The notes below the pieces were generated by a model, which saw only the letters and a list, made by a program, of their open reading frames with translations, did no database searches and was not told the DNA's origin. Below, one piece after another: positions 1-12,462 of a stretch of 64,000 nucleotides of DNA (its first letter is position 1; each line of letters begins with the position of its first letter). Source of the DNA: Squalus acanthias (Eukaryota); NCBI GenBank assembly GCA_030390025.1, contig CM059432.1:107882001-107946000 (forward strand), given 5' to 3'. Position numbers and translations under genes: made by a program.

Positions 1-98
1 GCTTGGTGTCCAATTTTGTTTGATAACGCTCTGTGAAGTGCCTTAGGACGTTTTACTATGTTAAAGGCACGGTATAAATACAAGTTTTTGTTGTTGTT
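1..98 (+). mobile_element. L2 LINE 3' tail fragment
   Basis: Matches the tail of the RT-bearing L2 copy at 41750-42660 (ctgtgaag(t/c)gcctt...ttttactatgtta...ataaatacaag + (TTG)n). Confidence 0.7.
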
Positions 99-103
99 GA
101 AGT

Positions 104-500
104 GTCAGCCTTGGCTCAGCGGTAGCACCCTCGCCTCTGAGTCAGAAGATTGTGGGTTCAATTCCCACTCCAGAGACTTGAGCACATAATCTAGGCTGAC
201 ACATCAGTGCAGTACTGAGAGAGCGCTGCATTTTTACAGGTGCCATCTTTCCGGTGAGATGTTAAACCGTCTGCCCTCTCAGGTAGATGTAAAAAAATCC
301 CACAGTGCTGTTCGAAGAAGAGCAGGATAGTTCCTTCCAGTGTCCTGGCCAACATTTATCCCTCAACCAACACCTAAAACAGATTATCTTGTCATTTATT
401 TCATTTCTGTTTGTGGGAGCTTGCTGTGTGCAAATTGGCTGCCACATTTCCTACAACAGTGACTATAAAAGTTTGTTGTCAAGTGTTTTGGGATATCCTG
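104..500 (+). mobile_element. tRNA-derived Deu-domain SINE (SacSINE1-like)
   Basis: Pol III A box (tggctcagcggtag) and B box (ggttcaattccc). Body is shared with copies at 34060, 36375, 42725 and reverse copies at 5285, 8940, 48425. Family name from recall of the DeuSINE consensus. Confidence 0.75.
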
Positions 501-599
501 AGTTTTGGCTGGATTTGAAGCCAGGTACCAAGCAGCAAAGGGCAGTGTGCTCATGCACTGGTCCACGCAGTGTTAGGTACCTGTTGCTGGCCGTGCCAT

Positions 600-825
600 C
601 AGCCGTCTAGGCCCTAAGCTCTGGAATTCCCTCTCTAAACTTCTCCGCATTGCCATCTCTCACAACCTTGCAAGATGCCCTTAAAACCTACTTCTTTATC
701 CAAACTTTTGGTCACCTGTCCTAAATGTCTCCTTCTTTGGCTTGGTGTCAATCACGCTCCTGTGAAGTGCCTTGAGACGTTTTACTACGTTAAAGGGGCT
801 TTATAAATGCAAGTTGTTGTTGTTA
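600..825 (+). mobile_element. L2 LINE 3' fragment
   Basis: ctaggccctaagctctggaattccct...(TTG)n, same as 42425-42660. Confidence 0.7.
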
Positions 826-1102
826 TAAAAGGTCCACCTTCATGGCATTCAGAGAGTACAAGTTAAGTCAAGAGCGCTCTCTCCCCAAAACAACCTATTA
901 AACACATGATTAAACACAACTCCTCTCAAACAGAAAGTGCCTTGTTTAAGAAACCGTTCTGCAGATGAAGTGCCCTGGCATCATCGAGTTTAGAAAAGCA
1001 ATTCTGGTAATGTCCTTTCTAGTTGCTGCCACAAAATCTTCGACTCATTAAAAAGAATGAACAGAAAAAGTCAAAAGTATACACTGGGCACAATCCATGT
1101 AC

Positions 1103-1227
1103 CTGTGGGGTGGAACTGGACAAACTCCAAGTCCTGGTTGGATAATCCAGCTCGAGCGACCAAGGCACATCCATCTCCAGTACTCGTATGTGCTGAAGTG
1201 CAGCTGAAGTACGTTCTTCCATAACCA
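1103..1227 (-). CDS. SDHA: Succinate dehydrogenase flavoprotein subunit, internal exon (equivalent to human exon 7)
   Basis: ttggcag|T GGT TAT...ACA G|gtacat, 125 nt. Translates (G)[41 protein letters not shown](G), the conserved SdhA motif. Phase joins the exon at 5709-5857. This frame is not in the ORF track. Confidence 0.96.
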
Positions 1228-1564
1228 CTGCCAAACAGAACAAATATTTACCCAACAGCTTACTTCATATAAAAGCTACTCAGTCATATTGTTTACCTAC
1301 AAACACACTAGATATCATCTTGCAAAAGTAAATATCATGTGACCAAATTCTACCTTCATTTGCAATTTATTGCTCCTTAAATTTGCAGTTTTAATTCAAA
1401 TGCAAGTCTATACTTTTTGCCTGAAATACCATTAAATGATCATGGATTTTTAAGCCTGTATAAACTATATATAATATATCCTTTTATATATATATGGGCT
1501 AGGCTAGCCAACCCCTACCTGCAGCTTTCCAGTGGATATTGGGAGGATCAGTTTGGGGGAGCAT

Positions 1565-2425
1565 ATAGAATCATAGAGTCATAATGACACAGAAGGAGGC
1601 CAATCGGCCCATCGAGTCCATGCCGGTTCTCTGTAGAGCAATCCAGTCAGTCCCATTCCCCCACTCTATCCCCGTAGCCCTGCAAGTTTATTTCCCTCAA
1701 GTGCTGATCCAGTCTCCCCTTGAAAACATTGAGTGTCTCCGCTTCCACCACTTCCGTCGGCAGCGAATTCCAGGTTATCACCACTCGCTGCATAAAAAAG
1801 TTTTTTCTCACATCCCCCCTGTATCTCTTGCCCAAAACCTTAAATCTGTGTCCCCTAGTCCTTGTACCATCAACTAGTGGGAACAGCCTTTCTCCGTCTA
1901 GCCTATCCAAACCAGTCATAATCTTGTACACCTCTATCAAATCACCCCTCAACCTCCTTTGCTCTAATGAAAACAAATCCAGCTTCTCCAACCTGTCCTT
2001 GTGGCTAAGATTCCCCATCCCCGGAACCATTCTGGTAAATCTCCTCTGCACCCTCTCAAGGGCCTTCGCATCCTTCCTAAAGTTTGGTGACCAGAACGGG
2101 ACGCAATACTCCAGTTGTGGCCTAACCAACGCTTTATAAAGGTTCAGCATAACTTCTCTACTTTTGTACTCAATACCTCTATTTATGAAGCCCAAGATCC
2201 CATATGCTTTGTTAACCACTCTCTCAATATGTCCTGCCACCTTCAGGGACCTATGCACATTAACTCCCAGGTCCCTCTGTAAAACTGTGCCATTAAATGT
2301 ATATTGTCTCTATCAAATCACCCCTCAAACTCCTTTGCTCTAATGAAAACAAATCCAGCTTCTCCAACCTGTCCTTGTAGCTAAGATCCCCCATCCCCGG
2401 AACCATTCTGGCAAATCTCCTATAT
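1565..2425 (-). mobile_element. 5'-truncated CR1 LINE (RT C-terminus + 3'UTR) with an extra duplicated segment
   Basis: ORF 1647-2258 has LYKALVRPQLEYC...LEQRRLRGDLIEVYKI...GHRFK...FFMQRVV..WNSLP. 2308-2421 repeats ~1932-2046. Same subfamily as 39979-41520. Confidence 0.9.
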
Positions 2426-3589
2426 ATCCCCACATCTTCTCTCCCTCCCTGACCCCATTTTACCACAGACAGCCTTGATGGCTTGAAATGCTTCAACCAA
2501 TAAGAGGGTGAATACTGGAATCTAGCGCTTCAAGGTGGACGGAGAGGGCCTCTTGGAGCACATTACAAATTCCACCCATCTCCAAAAAGGCTGCTCCCAC
2601 AGAAGCACTTTTCAAAATTCAAAACAGAGGGACTACATGAACACTGGATGAAGACTGGGCCTGGCACCACAGTAAAATACAGCAGATGTTGCCACATTCC
2701 AAGCTAGATAATGTAGCAGCTGGAGACAATGACAGCCCATGCTCCACCGGTTCCTATCTGGGGAGGAGATCATATCACACAAGAGGCGAGTACCAATTAA
2801 CACAAGTCACAGTCAATGTGGTCTCCTGGAATTCTTTTGATCACCTAGGGGAACCGGAGAGGAGTTTTCCAGATTCACCGCCTCCCATACCCCCACCCCC
2901 GCACCCCCCCCCCCACTCCCCCTCCCAATTGGCCTTAGGTATTTACACTGGTTTACACCTCTCCCAGACTACATGACACCTAGGGGGATGGGAGTCTCTT
3001 AACTTGATGCAAAAGGCATCACAACTATATGGAACAGGCTAGATGGACCAGCTGCTCTTTTTCTGCCCGACATTTTTGTGTGTTCATATGCTCATGCTCC
3101 TGAATGGACCTGCTATTATGTGCCACAGAAACTTAACACTTAGTTTCAAACTTGGAACTTTTTGTTGATCTTGATTCAATGTAGCACATCCAGTGCTCAT
3201 CAGGATGTACGATCCAATGCAGTAGCGACAAACTCGTTGCTGTGGGGTAGTTTATGAGTGAGGGTGGAATAAGGTACGAAGCAGAGAAGTTAGAAGAAAA
3301 ATGGATTTCCCCTAACACTTGAAACCTTGTTAAAATTTGGTGAAAACAGCAATATGATTCTGGATTTAATATTGTCTGGAGTTCTCCTTTAAATAAACAA
3401 TTTCAATACTGCAGGATAATTTTAGTATAAGAACTGTAAATATAAGTTAAGATGATGTGGGATCTTTCAATTTTAAGTTGTATTGTTCTATTATAAAACA
3501 TCTTTCCAGCTCCAATGATTTCTCCTGACTGATTTTAACTTATTAGACTTGATGAATCATCTGCAGCGTAGAAGTAAACCATGCCAAAA

Positions 3590-4135
3590 AACCCTCCTAT
3601 TTAGGAGTCACGCTTGATCACACCCTGTCATATAGACAACATCTCCAGAACCTTGGGAAGAAACTAAAGAGAAGGGTCAACTTGATCCAGAAACTCGCCG
3701 GATCCACATGGGGAGCAGACGCTCCGTACGGCAGCACTCGCCCTGGTGTACTTACAGCGGAGTACTGCCCTCCAGCATGGCTATCGAGTCCGCGTATCAA
3801 ATCCATTGCAACCAGCTGAATTCTACTATGAGAATTATCACCAGTACACTTTGATCGACACCAATACCTTGGCTGCCCGTGCTTGCAAACATCTCACCAC
3901 CACTATGCTGTGAATCTGCAGGCTCCAGAGAATACAACCACTACACCAGCAAAGACATGCTGATCCAGGCCGACTTGAGCAACCTACCATCAACCCATCT
4001 CAAATCTAGAAGGCCAGTTTGGACCATCCCCGAAGCACTTCAGCGATCTCCCCTCAGCCTTGATGACCGATGGCGAAATGCTTGGAAGAACTGACATACG
4101 GAATTGATTCCTTATAGAGGACCCCACAGTACAAC
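3590..4135 (+). mobile_element. Decayed non-LTR retrotransposon RT C-terminal fragment (Ingi/Vingi/I-group-like)
   Basis: Plus-strand translation RVNLIQKLAGSTWGADA...ALVY..AEYCPPAW...MRIITSTL.STPIPWLPVLANISPP, interrupted by frameshifts and stops. Confidence 0.55.
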
Positions 4136-4159
4136 CTGAATGATCAAACCTTCCTCTCA

Positions 4160-4790
4160 AACCAAGGGCAGGTCAGAGGCTAGGTATTCTGCGGCGAGTG
4201 TCTCACCTCCTGACTCCCCAAAGCCTTTCCGCCATCTACAAGGCACAATTAAGGAGTGTGATGGAATACTCTCCACTTGCCTGGATGAGTGCAGCTCCAA
4301 CAACACACAAGAAGCTCGACACCATCCAGGTCAAAGCAGCCCGCTTGATTGGCACCCCATCCACCACCTTAAACATTCACTCCCTCCACCACCGGCGTAC
4401 CGTGGCTGCAGTGTGTACCATCGCTGCAGTGTGTACCATCTACAAGGTGCACTGCAGCAACTCGCCAAGGCTTCTTCGGCAGCACCTCCCAAACCCGCGA
4501 CCTCTTCCACCTAGAAGGACAAGGACAGCAGGCGCATGGGAACACCACCACCTCCAAATTCCCCTCCAAGTCACACACCATCTTGAATTAGAAGTATATC
4601 GCCGATCCTTCATCGTCACTGGGTCAAAATCCTGGAACTCCCTACCTAACAGCACTATGGGAGTACTTTCACCACACGGACTGCAGTGGTTCAAGAAGGC
4701 GGCTCACTGCCACCTTCTCAAGAGCAATTAGGGATGGGCAATAAATGCTGGCCTTGCCAGCGACGCCCACATCCTATAAACGAAGAAAAA
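4160..4790 (+). mobile_element. CR1/L2-group LINE 3' fragment
   Basis: ORF 4198-4731 has IYKAQLRSVMEYSPLAW...LHHRRTVAA...KSWNSLP. Related pieces at 39940-39978/41521-41750 and 52670-52920. Confidence 0.75.
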
Positions 4791-5284
4791 AATAACAGTG
4801 GACAACCATCAACCACCTCAAAACTGGTCATGGTAGATGCTGCCACCTTCTCCATAGATGGAAGATTAAAGCATCCCCATCATGCGACTGTGGAGCTCCT
4901 AATCAGACCCTGGAGCACATCATTGAGCACTGCCCTCAGAGGAAATTCGCAGGCAGCCTACAAGATATCCACGCTGTTACACCAGAAGCTTTGGCCTGGA
5001 TATGTGACTTAGATATTGACATTTGATTTGCTTTGCTACTACCATACAAGAGAAGATGAAGAATCATCTTTAATTGGTGAAGGCAGCACAACATTACCAT
5101 GGCACTGGTGCTGCTTGGTTCTCCAAACACTGATTTTGTGCAGCGAGTTGTAACGTAACTGGGATTCTAGACTAGGGAGTGTTCCTAATCTAGACTACAG
5201 CCAGTCTCAACAAGTTCCAGTAGTTTTACATTTGGTTTGCAGCTAGCTATGTAAACCCCATTTGGGGAATCGGTGGCACTAAGA

Positions 5285-5600
5285 AAAATAACTTGCTTTT
5301 ATATAGCACCTCGTCATGTTCACAGCACGTCCCAAAGCACTTCACAGCCAATAAACTACTTTTGAAGTGTTGCCACAAGTATATAGGGAAATGTGACAGC
5401 AAAATGGGCACAGCATAGTCCCCACAAATAGGAAACAAATAAGCCATTAATCTGTTTTGGTGCTGTGGTCTGAGGGGCACTTGTTGGCCAGAACACTGGA
5501 AGAACTCCATGCAATTCTTCAAATAGTATCGTGGGATCTTTAGCATTCACCTGAACATGCAGACAGGGCTTCGGTTTAACGTCTCATCTGAAAGACTAGC
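5285..5600 (-). mobile_element. Deu-domain SINE, partial
   Basis: Reverse complement of the SINE body and tail seen at 42725-43180. Confidence 0.7.
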
Positions 5601-5707
5601 ACGGGTTTCCTACAATTTAAGAGCGCTTGCTGTTCATTGCAAAGCAAATCACATTAAGAATAACTTTGCACCTATAAAGGAGAAAATCAGTTTGACGCCC
5701 ATTCTTA

Positions 5708-5911
<204 letters not shown>

Positions 5912-6314
5912 TTACAGCTGCATTTTCTGAGAGAAATTGTCAGACAAGTTAGATTGTGCAAGGTCACACATACTGCAAATGGGTTTGGGGAGCTATCGTG
6001 CCATCAGCTTAAGGATATGAACGTTCCGCAGCAAAGTGGAGAGGTTTGTGAGGATGATATAGGCTCAAGGTCTCCAGTGTGGTGTGCGAACTTATTTCAA
6101 GTGGCTTCAGCATTTAATCAGGTCCATTTCTCCTTTTTAATTATTTTTTTAAAACACAGTTTCTTATAAAAATCAAACTGGCTGGATGTAAATTTTCACA
6201 TACTGTAACCAAATGTTTTAACCCTTTAATTTGTCCTGGGAGCAACAGTATGTGTTCATGTGAATTTAAACATAACTCAAGCAAGAGAGCTGATCTCCAG
6301 CGAGACAACTAGAA

Positions 6315-8121
6315 TAGGGGTGTCAAATAAACGGCCCATGATCCAGATTATTCCCGCTTAAGGTTGTCGTGTATCCTCAATGGGACACAAATCTCCCGGG
6401 AGCTGCTTCTAACAGCCTGGGACAACTGTGCCTTTTAGACATTAAGATCAATCTCTGGGAGGTGGTTGTGTCAGGGCATTAAGAACGATCTCGGGGGGGG
6501 GGGGGGGAAGGAGAAGTCGGGACATTAAGATCGATCTTGGAGGGAAGGGGTGGGGGGGAAGTTCAGGACATTAAGAACAATCTCAGGGGGCGGGACATTA
6601 TGATCAATCTCGGGAGGTTGGTGGGGGTGTCAGGACATTAAGATCGATCCGGAGGGGTTGGGGGGACATTAAGATCGATCTCCCGGGGTGGGGCGGGGGG
6701 GGGGGGGGCGTCAGGACATTAGGATCGGGACTCGGGGGGGGGTTTGGGACATTAAGATTGATCTCGGGGGAGGGGGGGGGGGGGTGGGGGGGGGGGGGGG
6801 GGGGGGGGGGGGGGAGTTGGGACATTAGGATCGGGACTCGGCGGCGGAGGGGGGGCAGGTAGTTAGGAGACTGAGATTATGATGGGGAAATTGGGGTTCG
6901 GGGTGGTGGGGGGATAGTGAAACTGAGGAATGGGGGTCAGAGCGATTGGGGCTTGGGCGATGGGGAAGAGAGAAACTGGGGCTTGAAGGACTCAGGAGAG
7001 GGGGGTGGGGACATTAAGATCGATCTCTGGGAGGGGGGGTGGGCAGGCGGGACATTAAGATCGACCTCGGAGAGCGGAGTAGGGACATTAAGCTCAATCT
7101 CGGGGGGGGGGGGGGGGGGGGGGGGTCGAGACATCATAATCAGATCTCGGTGGGCGGGGTTAGGGCATTAAGATCGGGACTCGAGGCGGGGGGGGTGGTC
7201 AGGAGACTGGGATTGGGTGGTGGGGCAACTGGGGTTCGGGACGGGGGAAATAGTGAAACTGAGGAATGGAGGTGAGAGCAATTGGGCTTGAGCGAAGGGG
7301 AAGAGGGAAACTGGGGGTTGAAGGGATCAGGGCTTGGTTGGAGGGGGGGCGGGGGTGAGTGGAATGCGGTGGGGTAGGTGTGGGGCTCAACATTTCCTGC
7401 CAATCAGGGAACAGGAGCAACATGGCGAGTGGGAGCGGTGCGGAGGAGCAGCCAGTAAAAGGGTGCGTGAAACCTGGGGACCTTACTGTAGGCAGTGAAA
7501 GATTGTTCCACTGATGGATGAATGGGGAACAAGGGGACAGAGACCGTGGATTCTCACTGCACTCAGGAAGCATCACAAGCTCCAATACATGGAGGAGATG
7601 CAGGAGAGCAGTGTACGGGCAGGTAGCGGCCCACAGTGGTAATGTGGAGCTGGGAAGGAGCACTCCTGCTCCTCCACACTCCATCGAAGGAAAAATTAAT
7701 TTCCCAACTATTTCTTCAGTGGTCCCTTTAAGGACTGCTGTTTAGGCTGCTGTAGAACTAGAAAACTAGTCAGAGCTTGCAGGGTGCATGCTCCACCTAG
7801 ATTTTCACATTCTCCTGAAATAGGTGCAGGACCCTTCTTTGCATATTTAAATTGATCCAACGCTGATTTCCGACAGCCACTAGGTCCACCTAAACACAGT
7901 GAGGACCAATATGGAAGCAGCCATGCCGCTGGTACAGATTAGGTGCAGGACCTCACGCCCAGAAATTGGTATACATTGCACCCATTTTGCCCAAAAAAAC
8001 AGGCGAAATGCATACCAATTTCTGCCCCAGTGTGTCCAAATAATTGTTGCTGAATGTGGCCTACGCCAAGTGCCAGGATGTCAGATCAGGCCCACCATCT
8101 AAATTGAATTTGACACCCCTG
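6315..8121. mobile_element. Non-autonomous hAT (Charlie-like) DNA transposon
   Basis: TIRs tAGGGGTGTCAAAT (6315-6328) and ATTTGACACCCCTg (8108-8121). Near-perfect 8-bp TSD aactagaa (6307-6314) / aactagag (8122-8129) with central TA. No transposase ORF. Confidence 0.8.
6435..7385. repeat. Array of ~15 GGACATTAAGATCGATCTC-like units separated by poly-G tracts
   Basis: Units at about 6437, 6475, 6519, 6566, 6593, 6633, 6663, 6714, 6747, 6820, 7009, 7050, 7084, 7129 and 7164. 6820-7000 and 7164-7350 form a higher-order duplicate. Confidence 0.85.
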
Positions 8122-8287
8122 AACTAGAGTGAGCGGCAAACCTGCTGTTGCTGGGCTGTTAGCACACTGTGATATGACGACAATTTGTCTTTTATTGCAA
8201 GGGGGAAGAATAGAAAAAAGAAAATGTAAATTGTTTAGGCAATCAGTGATAGAAGTGGAATCGATAGACTTTCCCACCAGCTTTTTT

Positions 8288-8787
8288 NNNNNNNNNNNNN
8301 NNNNNNNNNNNNNNNNNNNNNNNNNNNNNNNNNNNNNNNNNNNNNNNNNNNNNNNNNNNNNNNNNNNNNNNNNNNNNNNNNNNNNNNNNNNNNNNNNNNN
8401 NNNNNNNNNNNNNNNNNNNNNNNNNNNNNNNNNNNNNNNNNNNNNNNNNNNNNNNNNNNNNNNNNNNNNNNNNNNNNNNNNNNNNNNNNNNNNNNNNNNN
8501 NNNNNNNNNNNNNNNNNNNNNNNNNNNNNNNNNNNNNNNNNNNNNNNNNNNNNNNNNNNNNNNNNNNNNNNNNNNNNNNNNNNNNNNNNNNNNNNNNNNN
8601 NNNNNNNNNNNNNNNNNNNNNNNNNNNNNNNNNNNNNNNNNNNNNNNNNNNNNNNNNNNNNNNNNNNNNNNNNNNNNNNNNNNNNNNNNNNNNNNNNNNN
8701 NNNNNNNNNNNNNNNNNNNNNNNNNNNNNNNNNNNNNNNNNNNNNNNNNNNNNNNNNNNNNNNNNNNNNNNNNNNNNNNNNNNNNNN
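8288..8787. other. Assembly gap (500 N)
   Basis: Run of exactly 500 n, probably a placeholder size. Confidence 1.
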
Positions 8788-8939
8788 GAGAGGGAGACTG
8801 GGGGGTGAGGGGAGAGGGAGACGGGGGGTGAGGGGAGAGGGAGACTGGGGGGATGGGGATGCTGAGTGGGAGAGATGGGGAACCGGGACTATGAGAGAGA
8901 GAAATTGGGGACACTGATTGGGGACATGGGCTGGGGAAG

Positions 8940-9370
8940 AAGAGTTTTACAGCCAATGAAGTACTTTTGAAATGTCGTCACCATGCATGTTGAGCTAGTG
9001 ATGGTGGAGGATAATACAGTGAGGTAAAGATGATTGACAGGGCCTCAGAAGAAAGAGAAAGAACTTGGATTTAAATTGTGCCTTTCATGACATCAGAAGG
9101 TCCCAAAGCACTTTAGAACCAATGAAGTACTTTGGCGGAGTAATCGCTTATAATGGAGGGAAACACAGCAAAGTCTCACAAACAACAATGAGATTTATGT
9201 TGATTGAAGGATAAATGTTGGCCAGGACACCGGGACTACTTCCCTACTCTTCTTTGAATAGTGACATAGGAACTTTTACATCCACCTGAGAGGGCAGACG
9301 GATCCTTGGTTTAACATCACATGAAAGAAGGCACTTCCGACAGTTCAGCACTCCCTCAGTACTGCCTGGT
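8940..9370 (-). mobile_element. Deu-domain SINE fragments
   Basis: Reverse-complement SINE tail and body (acagccaatgaagtactttt..., ttggccaggacacc, agcactccctcagtactgc). Confidence 0.7.
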
Positions 9371-9571
9371 GCTTGTATCCACAATCTTTTGATTCCACTT
9401 TGAGGAGTCAGTTGAGCACTGGCATTGGCTGCTGATCTGCAGGTGGCCTAATGGGCAGACCCCTTGACCCACTTTTTTGCTGGAGTGTATCTAGCTGTCA
9501 TCTGTTAGCCTGTCCCCCGTAACAATTCTGAGCTTGAGTGAATGCGGAGTGTTTTGTTTTTCAGGGATGCC

Positions 9572-10855
9572 ATGTCCCTACAGAAGATTCTCTCGGAGAG
9601 GATCGCTGAAGCCCGGGAGCTGCTGGAGAGGGCAGAGGCGCTGTCCCGCTCCCGTGCTGGTGGGGTGCAGGGTGGGCCCAAGCTCTGCGGCAAGCTGAAA
9701 GCTGAGCTGAAGTTCTTGCGGAAAGTAGAAGCGGGCAAGGTTTCGGTCAAGGAGTCGCACCTGCAGAGCACAAACCTCACCCACCTGAAGGCGGTCATCG
9801 AGTCAGCAGAGAGCCTGGAGGATGTGATCAGCCTGCTGCATGTTTTCAACTATCTGGAGCACACTGGCGAAAAGCAGTCCCTGGTGGTGGATGTCGTCGC
9901 AAATGGCGGCCTCACCTGGGTCAAAGCCATCGGTCGGAAAGCCGAGGCACTGCACAGTATCTGGGTGGGGAGAGGCCAGTATGGAGACAAAAGTATCGTC
10001 GAGCAAGCAGAAGATTATTTGGAAGCAAGCAAGCAGCAGCTGGTGCAGTACAGTAATCCACATATTGTGTTTGCATTTTATAATGGCATTTCTAGCCCCA
10101 TGGCAGAGAGACTGAAAGAAATGGGGCTCTCTGTACGGGGAGACATAGTAGCTGTGAATTCAATGATTGATTTCATGGAGGAGGCTGATGATAATTCAAC
10201 TGGCTCTGACGAAGACTTGGAGGAGCCTCTGCAGGTGACGAAAGTAGACCGGTCTACAATCGTTGCCAGTGTTGCCTTTCCCACTGAAGTTAAAGTGGAT
10301 TTTTGCAACCGTGTCAATTTAGACATAACCACCCTGATCACCTTTGTTTCGGCAGTAAGTCACGGAGGCTGCTGCTTCATCTTTAAGGAGAAGGTGCTGA
10401 CAGAGCAAGCTTCCCAGGAAAGGGAGGAGAGTGTCTTGCCCAAGCTGCAGGCCTTCATGAAGGACAAAGAGCTGTTTGCGTGCGAGTCAGCAGTGAAAGA
10501 TTTTCAAGCCATTCTAGAGACATTGGGCGGCCCCGGAGAAAAGGCCCGGGCACAGAAGCTGCTGCAGGGAATTACGGTCGTACCTGACCAGCCTTCCGAA
10601 CGGGCCTCCAAATTGGAAGCCAGTGCAAAAATTAACAGTCGTTCTATTACTATCTTTGGCACCGGAGATGCTTTGAAGGCAATCACAATGACGGCAAACA
10701 GCGGGTTTGTTCGAGCCGCAGATAACCAAGGCGTGAAATTCAGTGTATTTATCCATCAGCCTAGAGCTTTGACAGAGAGCAAGGAACCAACAGCGACTCC
10801 TTTACCTGGGACTGCCTTTCATGAGACTGTCTGCGATGGTGGTTTAGTAAGATAA
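9572..10855 (+). CDS. C7orf25: UPF0415 protein C7orf25 homolog (DUF1308 family), 427 aa, single coding exon
   Basis: Intact [34 protein letters not shown]...KLKAELKFL...[12 protein letters not shown]...NLDITTLI...[11 protein letters not shown], recognisable as C7orf25. Splice acceptor ttttgtttttcag| at 9564, so the track's ATG at 9542 is probably intronic and the likely start is gccATG at 9572. Confidence 0.95.
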   Translation: MSLQKILSERIAEARELLERAEALSRSRAGGVQGGPKLCGKLKAELKFLRKVEAGKVSVKESHLQSTNLTHLKAVIESAESLEDVISLLHVFNYLEHTGEKQSLVVDVVANGGLTWVKAIGRKAEALHSIWVGRGQYGDKSIVEQAEDYLEASKQQLVQYSNPHIVFAFYNGISSPMAERLKEMGLSVRGDIVAVNSMIDFMEEADDNSTGSDEDLEEPLQVTKVDRSTIVASVAFPTEVKVDFCNRVNLDITTLITFVSAVSHGGCCFIFKEKVLTEQASQEREESVLPKLQAFMKDKELFACESAVKDFQAILETLGGPGEKARAQKLLQGITVVPDQPSERASKLEASAKINSRSITIFGTGDALKAITMTANSGFVRAADNQGVKFSVFIHQPRALTESKEPTATPLPGTAFHETVCDGGLVR

Positions 10856-10902
10856 AGCGATATCTTGTTATTGAATATGTACATTGTCATGTCTTAAAGA
10901 CT

Positions 10903-11075
10903 GGGGGTCATTTTAACTGTGGGCGCTAATGCAAAACTGGCTATCGAATTTCCGCCTCTTATACACCCTGTCCCGATTTGCCTTTCCATTGATGTCAAAT
11001 CGTGCGGGGTGTATAACAGGCGGCCAGTTCAATATCACCAGTTTTACACCATCACCTACAGTTAAAATTACCCCC
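10903..11075. mobile_element. MITE in the C7orf25 3'UTR
   Basis: 18-bp TIRs GGGGGTCATTTTAACTGT / ACAGTTAAAATTACCCCC (1 mismatch). Confidence 0.7.
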
Positions 11076-11109
11076 GTCTCTCTAAAGTGCGAACCAAGTA
11101 CCAACCAAC

Positions 11110-11115
11110 AATAAA
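11110..11115 (+). promoter_or_regulatory. Candidate C7orf25 polyadenylation signal
   Basis: First AATAAA after the stop; a second lies at ~11219. Confidence 0.4.
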
Positions 11116-12462
11116 TGAGTATTCAGACTGGCAGCTAACAGCTATTTTGGGCAGTCCTTGACATTCTATGTGTGCTTTACTGTATTAGCCTCCATTGCAG
11201 CTCTCGATCTGTCAGTTAAATAAATGAGGATCCAAATTAAATGATCATCCTGTAGACTCGAGAGTACAACTCTACTGCGCTGCTGAGGCCTATGTGCATG
11301 TCTGAAAAATAGTTAATACAGGATACAAAAGGCGCCTTTTAAAAATAATTTACTGTGAGCTATTCTCAAAAGCCATCTTTGGTGATGTTTCACCGGAGTA
11401 TAAAACATTTTGAATGATTTTGTAATTGCTAAAATTGCGTTGGCAGGAAATAGCTCCTTTCATGAATCGCTTTCTATTACTGAAAAGCCAGCACCTGTTG
11501 AGCCCGATGAGGGGGCATTGAGCTCAGTGGAATACGAGCTATGGCCTTGAAACTGGTCAGGAAGGAAAGTCCTGGCTTGGGTATCTGATAACAGATGCAG
11601 CTAATGGATTAGTTTCCTAATGCTGAGCATGGCCACTGCCCTTCTTGTTTGGTTCTAGCTGGTGCCGTTATGTTCTGCTGGGAATGAAAAGCAGTGTGGA
11701 AGGGGAAAAAGTAAAACAAACAATATTTAAGTATAATGAACATTTTTGCTTTTGGGAATTAAAAGATGACAAATAGAGAGCAAAGTAGTAAAGATCTAGA
11801 GGAGGAATTAAGAATGGGATTTGGAGGATTAAAAAGAACCAAAGAAAATGGCGAAAGAGTGGCAATGGAACCTGGGAGTGGGAGGTGGTGTGTGGGTCAG
11901 GTGTACATCACCAGCAACATTGTAGGTAGAAGAAAAATACACAGTTAATAAGGGGGAAAATATAAAAAAGAACTGAATTCTTGCAGTCTTTTGTTCGTGG
12001 GTTGTTTCTGGAGCAAGGTGGTACTCTTGGTAGAGTTAGGAACAGGAATTTATTCAGTGTAGATTTAGCTCCATCATGATGGCATATTCCTGTTTCCAGT
12101 ATGCACAATAAAAGTTTATCATGTATATTGCAAAACCAGTGTTGGTAGACAACTACAATCTCTGCAATGGCCCCATAACCTCTACAATATCCATAGATCA
12201 ATGCCACAAATCTTTTGGAGTTGAGCTTTTCTACCATCTCTGAAGATTCTGAATGCAGAAGCGGGGAGTCCCATTTGCCCCCCTTTCCCCCATCCTCTGC
12301 CACAAATTTCCAGAGCCACTCTAGTTTTTCCCCAGCTTTCCTACGGACCCTCGGATGAAAACCAACAGGTCTTGGTGATTTGTCTACCTTAAGTCTAAGT
12401 AATTTCTTTAGTATCATCTCTGTGAATACTAACCTCCACCCGTCCTCTGCACTCACCTCTAC

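Noticed and set aside
104..175. tRNA genes at SINE heads (also 36375, 42725, 44075)
   Set aside because: The A/B boxes run into SINE bodies; these are tRNA-derived SINE heads, not tRNA genes.
6435..7185. CRISPR-like repeat-spacer appearance
   Set aside because: Spacers are poly-G of irregular length, repeats are degenerate, there are no cas genes, the context is vertebrate and the array lies inside a hAT-type element.
6604..7403. Poly-Pro / poly-Gly ORFs
   Set aside because: Translations of the G-rich repeat array.
8129..8956. 262-aa and 237-aa ORFs
   Set aside because: Artefacts of translating through the N gap.
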